Positions 28,050 to 39,469 of a stretch of 64,000 nt of DNA are shown one piece after another. Source of the stretch: Eledone cirrhosa (taxonomy: Eukaryota); assembly GCA_964016885.1 (NCBI GenBank), contig OZ024743.1, positions 321,532,001-321,596,000 on the forward strand, given 5' to 3'. The notes beneath the pieces are model-generated. The model saw only the letters and a list, made by a program, of their open reading frames with translations. It searched no databases and was not told the origin of the DNA. How positions within the stretch are numbered: the stretch's first letter is position 1; each line of letters starts with the position of its first letter. Made by a program: the position numbers and the translations under genes.

Positions 28050-31000
28050 AACATTGTGTTGAGGTGGAGCCACACAGCAACATTGTGCTGAAGTGGAGCC
28101 ACACAGCAACATTGTGTTGAAGTGGTGCCACACAAAAACATTGTGTTGAAGTGGACCCACACAGCAACATTGTGCTGAAGTGGAACCACACAGCAACATT
28201 GTGTTGAAGTGGAGCCACACAGCAACATTGTGTTGAAGGGGAGCCACACAGCAACATTGTGTTGAAGTGGACCCACACATCAACATTGTGTTGAAGTGAA
28301 GCCACACAGCAACATTGTGTTGAAGTGGAGCCACACAGCAACATTGTGCTGAAGTGGAGCCACACAACAACATTGTGTTGAAGTGGAGCCACATGGCATC
28401 ATTGTGTTGAATTGGAGCCACACAGCAACATTGTGCTGAAGTGGATCCACACAGCAACATTGTGCTGAAGTCGAGCCACATAGCAACATTGTGTTGAAGT
28501 GGACCCACACAGCAATATTGTGTTGAAGTGGAGCGACATAGCAACAATGTGCTGAAGTGGAGCCACATAGCAACATTGTGCTGAAGTGGAGCCACACAGC
28601 AACATTCTGTTGAAGTGGAGCCACACAGCAACATTGTGCTGAAGTGGAGCCACATAGCAACATTGTCCTGATGTCGAGCCACACAGCAACATTTTGTTGA
28701 AGTGGAGCCACACAGCAACATTGTGTTGAAGTGGAGCCACACAGCAACGTTGTGTTGAAGTGGATCCACACAGCAACATTGTGCTGAAGTGGAGCCACAC
28801 AGCAACATTGTGTTGAAGTGGAGCCACACAGCAACATTGTGTTGAAGTGGAGCCACACAACAACGTGGTGTTGAAGTGGAGCCACACAGCAACATGGTGT
28901 TGAAGTGGAGCCACTCAGCGCAAAATTGTGTTTAAGTAGAGCCACATAGCAGCATTGTCCTGAAGTGGAACCACACAGCAACATTGTGCTGAAGTGGAGC
29001 TACACAGCAACATTGTGTTGAAGTGGAGCTACACAGCAACATTGTGCTGAAGTGGAGCTACACAGCAACATTGTGCTGAAGTGGAGTCACACAGCAACAT
29101 TGCGTTGAAGTGGAGTCACACGGCAATATTGTGTTGACGTGGAGCCATGCAGCAACATTCTGCTGGAGTGGAGCTACACAGCAACATTGTGCTGAAGTGG
29201 AGCTACACAGCAACATTGTGCTGAAGTGGAGTCACACAGCAACATTGTGTTGAAGTGGTGCTACACAGCAACATTGTGTTGAAGTGGACCCACACAGCAA
29301 CATTGTGCTGAAGTGGAACCACACAGCAACATTGTGTTGAAGTGGAGCCACACAGCAACATTGTGTTGAAGGGGAGCCACACAGCAACATTGTGTTGAAG
29401 TGGACCCACACAGCAACATTGTGTTGAAGTGGAGCCACACAGCAACATTGTGCTGAAGTGGAGCCACACAGCAACATTGTGTTGAAGTGGTGCCACACAA
29501 AAACAAGCTCTACTTCAGCACAATGTTGCTGTGTAGCCTCACTTCAACACGATGTTGCTGTGTGACTCCACTTCAGCACAATGTTGCTGTGTAGCTCCAC
29601 TTCAACACAATGTTGCTGTGTGGGTCCACGTCAACACAATATTGCTGTGTGACTCCACTTCAACACAATGTTGCTGTGTGACTCCACTTCAGCACAATGT
29701 TGCTGTGTAGCTCCACTTCAGCACAATGTTGCTGTGTTGCCTCCACTTCAACACAATGTTGCTATGTGGCTCCACTTCAACACGATGTCGCTGTGTGACT
29801 CCACTTCAACACAATGTTGCTGTGTGGCTCCCCTTCAGCACAATGTTGCTGTGTCGCTCCACTTCAACACAATGTTGCTGTGTGGATCCACTTCAACACA
29901 ATGTTGCTGTGTGGCTCCCCTTCAACACAATGTTGCTGTGTGTCTCCACTTCAACACGATGTTGATGTGTGGGTCCACTTCAACACAATGTTGCTGTGTG
30001 GCTCCACTTCAACACAATGTTGCTGTGTGGCTCCACTTCAACACGATGTTGCTGTGTGGCTCCACTTCAACACAATGTTGCTGTGTGGCTCCACTTCAAC
30101 ACAATGTTGCTGTGTGGGTCCACTCCAACACAATATTGCTGTGTGGCTCCACTTCAACACAATGTTGCTGTGTGGCTCCACTTCAACACGATGTTGCTGT
30201 GTGGCTCTACTTCAACACAATGTTGCTGTGTGGCTCCACTTCAACACAATGTTGCTGTGTGACTCCACTTCAGCACAATGTTGCTGTGTAGCTCCACTTC
30301 AGCACAATGTTGCTGTGTAGCTCCACTCCAGCAGAATGTTGCTGCATGGCTCCATGTCAACACAATATTGCCGTGTGACTCCACTTCAACACAATGTTGC
30401 TGTGTGACTCCACTTCAGCACAATGTTGCTGTGTAGCTCCACTTCAGCACAATGTTGCTGTGTAGCTCCACTTCAACACAATGTTGCTGTGTAGCTCCAC
30501 TTCAGCACAATGTTGCTGTGTGGTTCCAATTCAGGACAATGCTGCTATGTGGCTCTACTTAAACACAATTTTGCGCTGTGTGGCTCCACATCAACACCAT
30601 GTTGCTGTGTGGCTCCACTTCAACACAATGTTGCTATGTGGCTCCACTTCAACACAATGTTGCTGTGTGGCTCCACTTCAACACAATGTTGCTGTGTGGC
30701 TCCACTTCAGCACAATGTTGCTGTGTGGATCCACTTCAACACAATGTTGCTGTGTGGCTCCACTTCAACACAATGTTGCTGTGTGGCTCCACTTCAGCAC
30801 AATGTTGCTATGTGGCTCCATTTCAGCACAATGTTGCTATGTCGCTCCACTTCAACACAATATTGCTGTGTGGGTCCACTTCAACACAATGTTGCTATGT
30901 GGCTCGACTTCAGCACAATGTTGCTGTGTGGTTCCACTTCAGCACAGTGTTGCTGTGTGGATCCACTTCAACACAATGTTGCTGTGTAGCACCACTTCAA

Positions 31001-34000
31001 CACAATGTTGCTGTGAGGTTCCACTTCAGCACAATGTTGCTGTGTAGCTCCACTTCAACACAATGTTGCTGTGTGACTCCACTTCAGCACAATGTTGCTG
31101 TGTAGCTCCACTTCAGCACAATGTTGCTGTGTAGCTCCACTTCAACACAATGTTGCTCTGTAGCTCCACTTCAGCACAATGTTGCTGTGTGGTTCCACTT
31201 CAGGACAATGCTGCTGTGTGGGTCCACTTCAACACAATCTTGCTGTGTAGCACCACTTCAACACAATGTTGCTGTGTGGTTCCACTTCAGCACAATGTTG
31301 CTGTGTAGCTCCACTTCAACACAATGTTGCTGTGTGACTCCACTTCAGCACAGTGTTGCTGTGTAGCTCCACTTCAGCACAATGTTGCTGTGTAGCTCCA
31401 CTCCAGCAGAATGTTGCTGCATGGCTCCACGTCAACACAATATTGCCGTGTGACTCCACTTCAACACAGTGTTGCTGTGTGACTCCACTTCAGCACAATG
31501 TTGCTGTGTAGCTCCACTTCAGCACAATGTTGCTGTGTAGCTCCACTTCAACACAATGTTGCTGTGTAGCTCCACTTCAGCACAATGTTGCTGTGTGGTT
31601 CCACTTCAGGACAATGCTGCTATGTGGCTCTACTTAAACACAATTTTGCGCTGTGTGGCTCCACTTCAACACCATGTTGCTTTGTGGCTCCACTTCAACA
31701 CAATGTTGCTGTGTGGCTCCACTTCAACACAATGTTGCTGTGTGGCTCCACTTCAACACAATGTTGCTGTGTGGCTCCACTTCAGCATAACGTTGCTGTG
31801 TGGATCCACTTCAACACAATGTTGCTGTGTAGCTCCACTTCAGCACAATGTTGCTGTGTAGCTCCACTTCAACAAAATGTTGCTGTGTAGCTCGACATCA
31901 GGACAATGTTGCTATGTGGCTCCACTTCAGCACAATGTTGCTGTGTGGCTCCACTTCAACACAATGTTGCTGTGTGATTCCACTTCAGCACAATGTTGCT
32001 ATGTGGCTCCATTTCAGCACAATGTTGCTATGTCGCTCCACTTCATCAGCACAATGTTGCTGTGTGGTTCCATTTCAGGACAATGCTGCGATGTGGCTCT
32101 ACTTAAACACAATTTTGCGCTGTGTGGCTCCACTTCAACACAATGTTGCTGTGTGGCTCCCCTTCAACAGAGTGTTGCTGTGTGGGTCCACTTCAACACA
32201 ATATTGCTGTGTGGCTCCACTTCAACACGATGTTGCTGTGTGGTTCCACTTCAACACAATGTTGCTGTGTGGCTCCACTTCAACACAATGTTGCTGTGTG
32301 GCTCCACTTCAACACAATGTTGCTGTGTGGCTTCACTTCAACACAATGTTGCTATGTCGCTCCACTTCAACACAATATTGCTGTGTGGGTCCACTTCAAC
32401 ACAATGTTGCTATGTGGCTCGACTTCAGCACAATGTTGCTGTGTGGCTCCACTTCAGCACAATGTTGCTGTGTGGCTCCAATTCAACACAATGATGCCAT
32501 GTGGCTCCACATCAACACAATGTTGCTGTGTGGCTCACCTTCAACACAATGTTGCTGTGTGGCTCCACTTCAACACAATGTTGCTGTGTGGTTCCACTTC
32601 AGCACAATGTTGCTGTGTGGGTCCACTTCAACACAATGTTTTTGTGTGGCACCACTTCAACACAATGTTGCAGTGTGGCTCCACTTCAGCACAATGTTGC
32701 TGTGTGGCTCCACTTCAACACAATGTTGCTGTGTGGGTCCACTTCAACACAATGTTGCTGTGTGGCTCCCCTTCAACACAATGTTGCTGTGTGGCTCCAC
32801 TTCAACACAATGTTGCTGTGTGGTTCCACTTCAGCACAATGTTGCTGTGTGGGTCCACTTCAACACAATGTTGCTGTGTAGCACCACTTCAACACAATGT
32901 TGCTGTGTGACTCCACTTCAGCACAATGTTGCTGTGTAGCTCCACTTCAGCACAATGTTGCTGTGTAGCTCCACTCCAGCAGAATGTTGCTGCATGGCTC
33001 CACGTCAACACAATATTGCCGTGTGACTCCACTTCAACGCAATGTTGCTGTGTGACTCCACTTCAGCACAATGTTGCTGTGTAGCTCCACTTCAGCACAA
33101 TGTTGCTGTGTAGCTCCACTTCAACACAATGTTGCTGTGTAGCTCCACTTCAGCAGAATGTTGCTGTGTGGTTCCACTTCAGGACGATGCTGCTATGTGG
33201 CTCTACTTAAACACAATTTTGCGCTGAGTGGCTCCACTTCAACACCATGTTGCTGTGTGGCTCCACTTCAACACCACGTTGCTGTGTGGCTCCACTTCAA
33301 CACAATTTTGCTGTGTGGCTCCACTTCAACACAATGTTGCTGTGTGGCTCCACTTCAGCACAATGTTGCTGTGTGGATCCACTTCAACACAATGTTGCTG
33401 TGTGGCTCCACTTCAACACAATGTTGCTGTGTGGCTCCACTTCAACAAAATGTTGCTGTGTGGCTCGACATCAGGACAATGTTGCTATGTGGCTCCACTT
33501 CAGCACAATGTTGCTGTGTGGCTCCACTTCAACAGAATGTTGCTGTGTGGCTCCACTTCAGCACAATGTTGCTATGTGGCTCCACTTCAGCACATTGTTG
33601 CTATGTCGCTCCACTTCAACACAATATTGCTGTGTGGGTCCACTTCAACACAATGTTGCTATGTGGCTCGACTTCAGCACAATGTTGCTGTGTGGCTCCA
33701 CTTCAGCACAATGTTGCTGTGTGGCTCCAATTCAACACAATGATGCCATGTGGCTCCACTTCAACACAATGTTGTTGTGTGGCTCCACTTCAGCACAATG
33801 TTGCTGTGTGGCTCCACTTCAACACAATGTTGCTGTGTGGCTCCACTTCAACACAATGTTGATGTGTGGGTCCACTTCAACACAATGTTGCTGTGTGGCT
33901 CCCCTTCAACACAATGTTGCTGTGTGGGTCCACTTCAACACAATGTTGCTGTGTGGTTCCACTTCAGCACAATGTTGCTGTGTGGGTCCACTTCAACACA

Positions 34001-34090
34001 ATGTTTTTGTGTGGCACCACTTCAACACAATGTTTCTGTGTGGCTCCACTTCAGCACAATGTTGCTGTGTGGCTCCACCTCAACACAATA
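28050..34090. repeat. Long inverted repeat: arms ~28050-29505 and ~32637-34090 (~1.45 kb)
   Basis: Mirror ORFs whose coordinates sum to 62142 (28280..28984- / 33158..33862+; 28399..28914- / 33228..33743+). Markers GAGGTGG at 28061 and CCACCTC ending at 34081 also pair. Confidence 0.9.
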
Positions 34091-36524
34091 TTGCCGTGTG
34101 TCTCCACTTCAACACAATGTTGCTGTGTGGTTCCACTTCAGCACAATGTTGCTGTGTAGCTCCACTTCAGCACAATGTTGTTGTGTAGCTCCACTTCAAC
34201 ACAATGTTGCTGTGTAGCTCCACTTCAGCACAATGTTGCTGTGTGGTTCCACTTCAGGACAATGCTGCTATGTGGCTCTACTTAAACACAATTTTGCACT
34301 GTGTGGCTCCACTTCAACACCATGTTGCTGTGTGGCTCCACTTCAACACAATGTTGCTGTGTGGCTCCACTTCAACACAGTGTTGCTGTGTGGCTCCACT
34401 TCAACACAATGTTGCTGTGTGGCTCCACTTCAGCACAATGTTGCTGTGTGGATCCACTTCAACACAATGTTGCTGTGTGGCTCCACTTCAACACAATGTT
34501 GCTGTGTGGCTCCACTTCAACAAAATGTTGCTGTGTGGCTCCACTTCAGCACAATGTTGCTATGTGGCTCCATTTCAGCACAATGTTGCTGTGTGGCTCC
34601 ACTTCAACACAATGTTGCTGTGTGGCTCCACTTCAGCACAATGTTGCTATGTGGCTCCATTTCAGCACAATGTTGCTATGTCGCTCCACTTCAACACAAT
34701 ATTGCTGTGTGGGTCCACTTCAACACAATGTTGCTACGTGGCTCGACTTCAGCACAATGTTCCTGTGTGGCTCCACTTCAACACGATGTTGCTGTGTGGC
34801 TCCCCTTCAACACAATGTTGCTATGTGGATCGACTTCAGCACAATGTTGCTGTGTGGCTCCACTTCAACACAATATTGCTGTGTGTCTCCACTTCAACAC
34901 AATGTTGCTGTGTGGCTCCCCTTCAACACAATGTTGCTGTGTGGATCCACTTCAACACAATGTTGCTGTGTGGTTCCACTTCAGCACAATGTTGCTGTGT
35001 GGGTCCACTTCAACACAATGTTGCTGTGTAGTTCCACTTCAGCACAATGTTGCTGTGTGGTTCCACTTCAGCACAATGTTGCTGTGTAGCTCCACTTCAA
35101 CACAATGTTGCTGTGTGACTCCACTTCAGCACAATGTTGCTGTGTGACTCCACTTCAACACAATGATGCCATGTGGCTCCACTTCAGCACAATGATGCTG
35201 TGTGGCTCCACTTCAACACAATGTTGCTGTGTGGCACCACTTCAGCACAATGTTGCTATGTCGCTCCACTTCAACACAATATTGCTGTGTGGCTCCACTT
35301 CAACACAATGTGGCTGTGTGGGTCCACTTCAACACAATGTTGCTGTGTGACTCCCCTTCAACACAATGTTGCTGTGTGGATCCACTTCAACACAATGTTG
35401 CTGTGTGGCTCCCCTTCAACACAATGTTGCTATGTGGATCGACTTCAGCACAATGTTGCTGTGTGGCTCCACTTCAGCACAATGATGCTGTGTGGCTCCA
35501 CTTCAACACAATGTTGCTGTGTGGCTCCACTTCAGCACAATGTTGCTGTGTGGCTCCACTTCAACACAATGTTGCTGTGTGGCTCCACTTCAGCACAATG
35601 TTGCTATGTGGCTCCACTTCAGCACAATGTTGCTATGTCGCTCCACTTCAACACAATATTGCTGTGTGTCTCCACTTCAACACAATGTTGCTGTGTGGCT
35701 CCCCTTCAACACAATGTTGCTGTGTGGATCCACTTCAACACAATGTTGCTGTGTGGTTCCACTTCAGCACAATGTTGCTGTGTGGGTCCACTTCAACACA
35801 ATGTTGCTGTGTAGTTCCACTTCAGCACAATGTTGCTGTGTGGTTCCACTTCAGCACAATGTTGCTGTGTAGCTCCACTTCAACACAATGTTGCTGTGTG
35901 ACTCCACTTCAGCACAATGTTGCTGTGTAGCTCCACTTCAGCACAATGTTGCTGTGTAGCTCCACTCCAGCAGAATGTTGCTGCATGGCGCCACGTCAAC
36001 ACAATATTGCCGTGTGTCTCCACTTCAACACAATGTTGCTGTGTGACTCCACTTCAGCACAATGTTGCTGTGTAGCTCCACTTCAGCACAATGTTGCTGT
36101 GTAGCTCCACTTCAACACAATGTTGCTGTGTAGCTCCACTTCATCAGCACAATGTTGCTGTGTGGTTCCATTTCAGGACAATGCTGCTATGTGGCTCTAC
36201 TTAAACACAATTTTGCGCTGTGTGGCTCCACTTCAACACAATGTTGCTGTGTGGCTCCACTTCAACACAATATTGCTGTGTGGGTCCACTTCAACACAAT
36301 GTTGCTATGTGGCTCGACTTCAGCACAATGATGCTGTGTGGCTCCACTTCAGCACAATGTTGCTGTGTGGCTCCAATTCAACACAATGATGTCATGTGGC
36401 TCCACTTCAACACAATATTGCTGTGTGGCTCCCCTTCAACACAATGTTGCTGTGTGGCTCCACTTCAGCACAATGTTGCTGTGTGGCTCCACTTCAACAC
36501 AATGTTGCTGTGTGGGTCCACTTC
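29507..36524 (-). repeat. Inverted satellite block (~7.0 kb, ~241 monomers)
   Basis: Monomers read CACAATGTTGCTGTGTGGCTCCACTTCAA on the + strand from GCTCTACTTCAGCA (29507) to GGGTCCACTTC (36524). The ORF track flips from - to + strand over the same interval. Confidence 0.98.
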
Positions 36525-39469
36525 GACATAGCAACAGTGTGCTGAAGTGGAGCCACATAGCAACATTGTGCTGAAGTGGAGCCACACAGCAACATTCTGT
36601 TGAAGTGGAGCCACACAGCAACATTGTGCTGAAGTGGAGCCACATAGCAACATTGTCCTGATGTCGAGCCACACAGCAACATTGTGTTGAAGTGGAACCA
36701 CACAGCAACATTGTGTTGAAGTGGACCCACACAGCAATATTGTGTTGAAGTGGAGCCACACAACAACATTGTGTTGAAGTGGACCTACACAGCAACATTG
36801 TGATGAAGTGGAGCCAAACAGCACAACATTGTTTGGAGTAGAGCCACATAGCAGCATTGTCCTGAATTGGAACCACACAGCAACATTGTGCTGAAGTGGA
36901 GCTACACAGCAACATTGTGTTGAAGTGGAGCTACACAGCAACATTGTGCTGAAGTGGAGCTACACAGCAACATTGTGCTGAAGTGGAGTCACACAGCAAC
37001 ATTGTGTTGAAGTGGAGTCACACGGCAATATTGTGTTGACGTGGAGCCATGCAGCAACATTCTGCTGGAGTGGAGCTACACAGCAACATTGTGCTGAAGT
37101 GGAGCTACACAGCAACATTGTGCTGAAGTGGAGTCACACAGCAACATTGTGTTGAAGTGGAGCTACACAGCAACATTGTGCTGAAGTGGAACCACACAGC
37201 AACATTGTGTTGAAGTGGTGCTACACAGCAACATTGTGTTGAAGTGGACCCACACACCAACATTGTGCTGAAGTGGAACCACACAGCAACATTGTGTTGA
37301 AGTGGAGCTACACAGCAACATTGTGTTGAAGTGGACCCACACAGCAACATTGTGTTGAAGTGGAGCCACACAGCAACATTGTGCTGAAGTGGAGACACAC
37401 AGCAACATTGTGTTGAAGTGGTGCCACACAAAAACATTGTGTTGAAGTGGACCCACACAGCAACATTGTGCTGAAGTGGACCCACACAGCAACATTGTGT
37501 TGAAGTGGAGCCACATAGCAACATTGTGCTGAAGTGGAGCCACACAGCAACATTGTGTTGAAGTGGAGCCACATGGCATCATTGTGTTGAATTGGAGCCA
37601 CACAGCAGCATTGTGTTGAAGTGGAGCCACACAGCAACATCGTGTTGAAGTGGAGCCACACAGCAACATTGTGTTGAAGTGGAGCCACACAGCAATATTG
37701 TGTTGGAGTGGACCCACACAGCAACATTGTGCTGAAGTGGATCGACATAGCAACATTGTGCTGAAGTGGATCGACATAGCAACATTGTGCTGAAGTGGAG
37801 CCAAATAGCAACATTGTGCTGAAGGCGAGCCACACAGCAACATTGTGTTGAAGTGGAGCCACACAGCAACATTGTGATGAAGTGGAGCCACTCAGCAACA
37901 TTGTGCTGAAGGGGAGCTACACAGCAACATTGTGTTGCAGTGGATACCACACAGCAACATTGTGCTGAAGTGGAGCCACACAGCAACATTGTGTTGAAGT
38001 GGATCCACACAGCAACATTGTGCTGAAGTGGAGCCACACAGCAACATTGTGTTGAAGTGGAGCCACACAGCAACATTGTGTTGAAGTGGAACCACACAGC
38101 AACATTGTGCTGAAGTGGAACCACACAGCAACATTGTGTTGAAGTGGAGCTACACAGCAACATTGTGTTGAAGTGGACCCACACAGCAACATTGTGTTGA
38201 AGTGGAGCCACACAGCAACATTGTGCTGAAGTGGAGCCACACAGCAACATTGTGTTGAAGTGGTGCCACACAAAAACATTGTGTTGAAGTGGACCCACAC
38301 AGCAACATTGTGCTGAAGTGGAACCACACAGCAACATTGTGTTGAAGGGGAGCCACACAGCAACATTGTGTTGAAGTGGACCCACACAGCAACATTGTGT
38401 TGAAGTGGAGCCACATAGCAACATTGTGCTGAAGTGGAGCCACACAGCAACATTGTGTTGAAGTGGAGCCACATGGCATCATTGTGTTGAATTGGAGCCA
38501 CACAGCAACATTGTGTTGAAGTGGAGCCACACATCAACATTGTGTTGAAGTGGACCCGCACAGCAACGTTGTGTTGAAGTGGAGCCACACAGCAACATTG
38601 TGTTGAAGTGGAGCCACACAGAAACATTGTGTTGAAGTGGAGCCACACAGCAACATCGTGTTGAAGTGGAGCCACACAGCAACATTGTGTTGAAGTGGAG
38701 CCACACAGCAATATTGTGTTGGAGTGGACCCACACAGCAACATTGTGTTGAAGTGGAGCCAGACATCAACATTGTGTTGAAGTGGAGCCACACAGCAACA
38801 TTGTGTTGAAGTGGAGCCACACAGCAACAGTGTGTTGAAGTGGAGCCACACAGCAACATCGTGTTGAAGTGGAGCCACACAGCAACATTGTGTTGAAGTG
38901 GAGCCACACAGAAACATTGTGTTGAAGTGGACCCACACATCAACATCGTGTTGAAGTGGAGACACACAGCAACATTGTGTTGAAGGGGAGCCACACAGCA
39001 ACATTGTGTTGAAGTGGATCCACACAGCAACATTGTGTTGAAGTGGAGCGACACAGCAACATTGTGCTGAAGGGGAGCCACACAGCAACATTGTGTTGAA
39101 GTGGAGTCACACAGCGACATCGTGTTGAAGTGGAGCCACATAGCAACATTGTGCTGAAGTGGAGGCCACACAGCAACATTGTGCTGAAGTGGAGCTACAC
39201 AGCAACTTTGTGCTGAAGTGGAGTCACACAGCAACATTGTGTTGAAGTGGAGTCACACAGCAATATTGTGTTGACGTGGACCCACACAGCAACATTGTGT
39301 TGAAGTGGAGCTACACAGCAACATTGTGCTGGAGTGGAGCTACACAGCAACATTGTGCTGAAGTGGAGTCACACAGCAACATTGTGTTGAAGTGAGGCTA
39401 CACAGCAACATTGTGCTGAAGTGGAGCCACACAGCAACATTGTGTTGAAATGGTGCCACACAGCAACAT

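Larger units (their letters stand above)
1..29505 (+). repeat. Left array segment, forward orientation
   Basis: Monomers read GAAGTGGAGCCACACAGCAACATTGTG on the + strand up to ...GTGGTGCCACACAAAAACA (29505). Markers CAGCGCAAAATTGTGTTTAAGTAGAG and GACGTGGAGCCATGCAGCAACATTCTGCTGGAG recur throughout. Confidence 0.97.

Noticed and set aside
28050-34090. Sequencing fold-back chimera explaining the inversion
   Set aside because: The mirror arms are separated by ~3.1 kb, differ at several sites and occur in shuffled order, and orientation reverts at a second junction that re-joins in phase. Read-level confirmation is still advisable.
29507-36524. Inverted block as a transposon or recombinase-invertible cassette
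   Set aside because: There are no terminal inverted repeats distinct from the satellite, no target-site duplication and no recombinase or transposase gene. The two junctions fall at different monomer positions with a small loss.
29507-36524. Block length of 7018 bp equals exactly 242 x 29
   Set aside because: This is a coincidence: 241 monomers plus a 10-bp phase offset plus 19 bp of internal insertions (six +2, two +3, one +1) sum to the same value.
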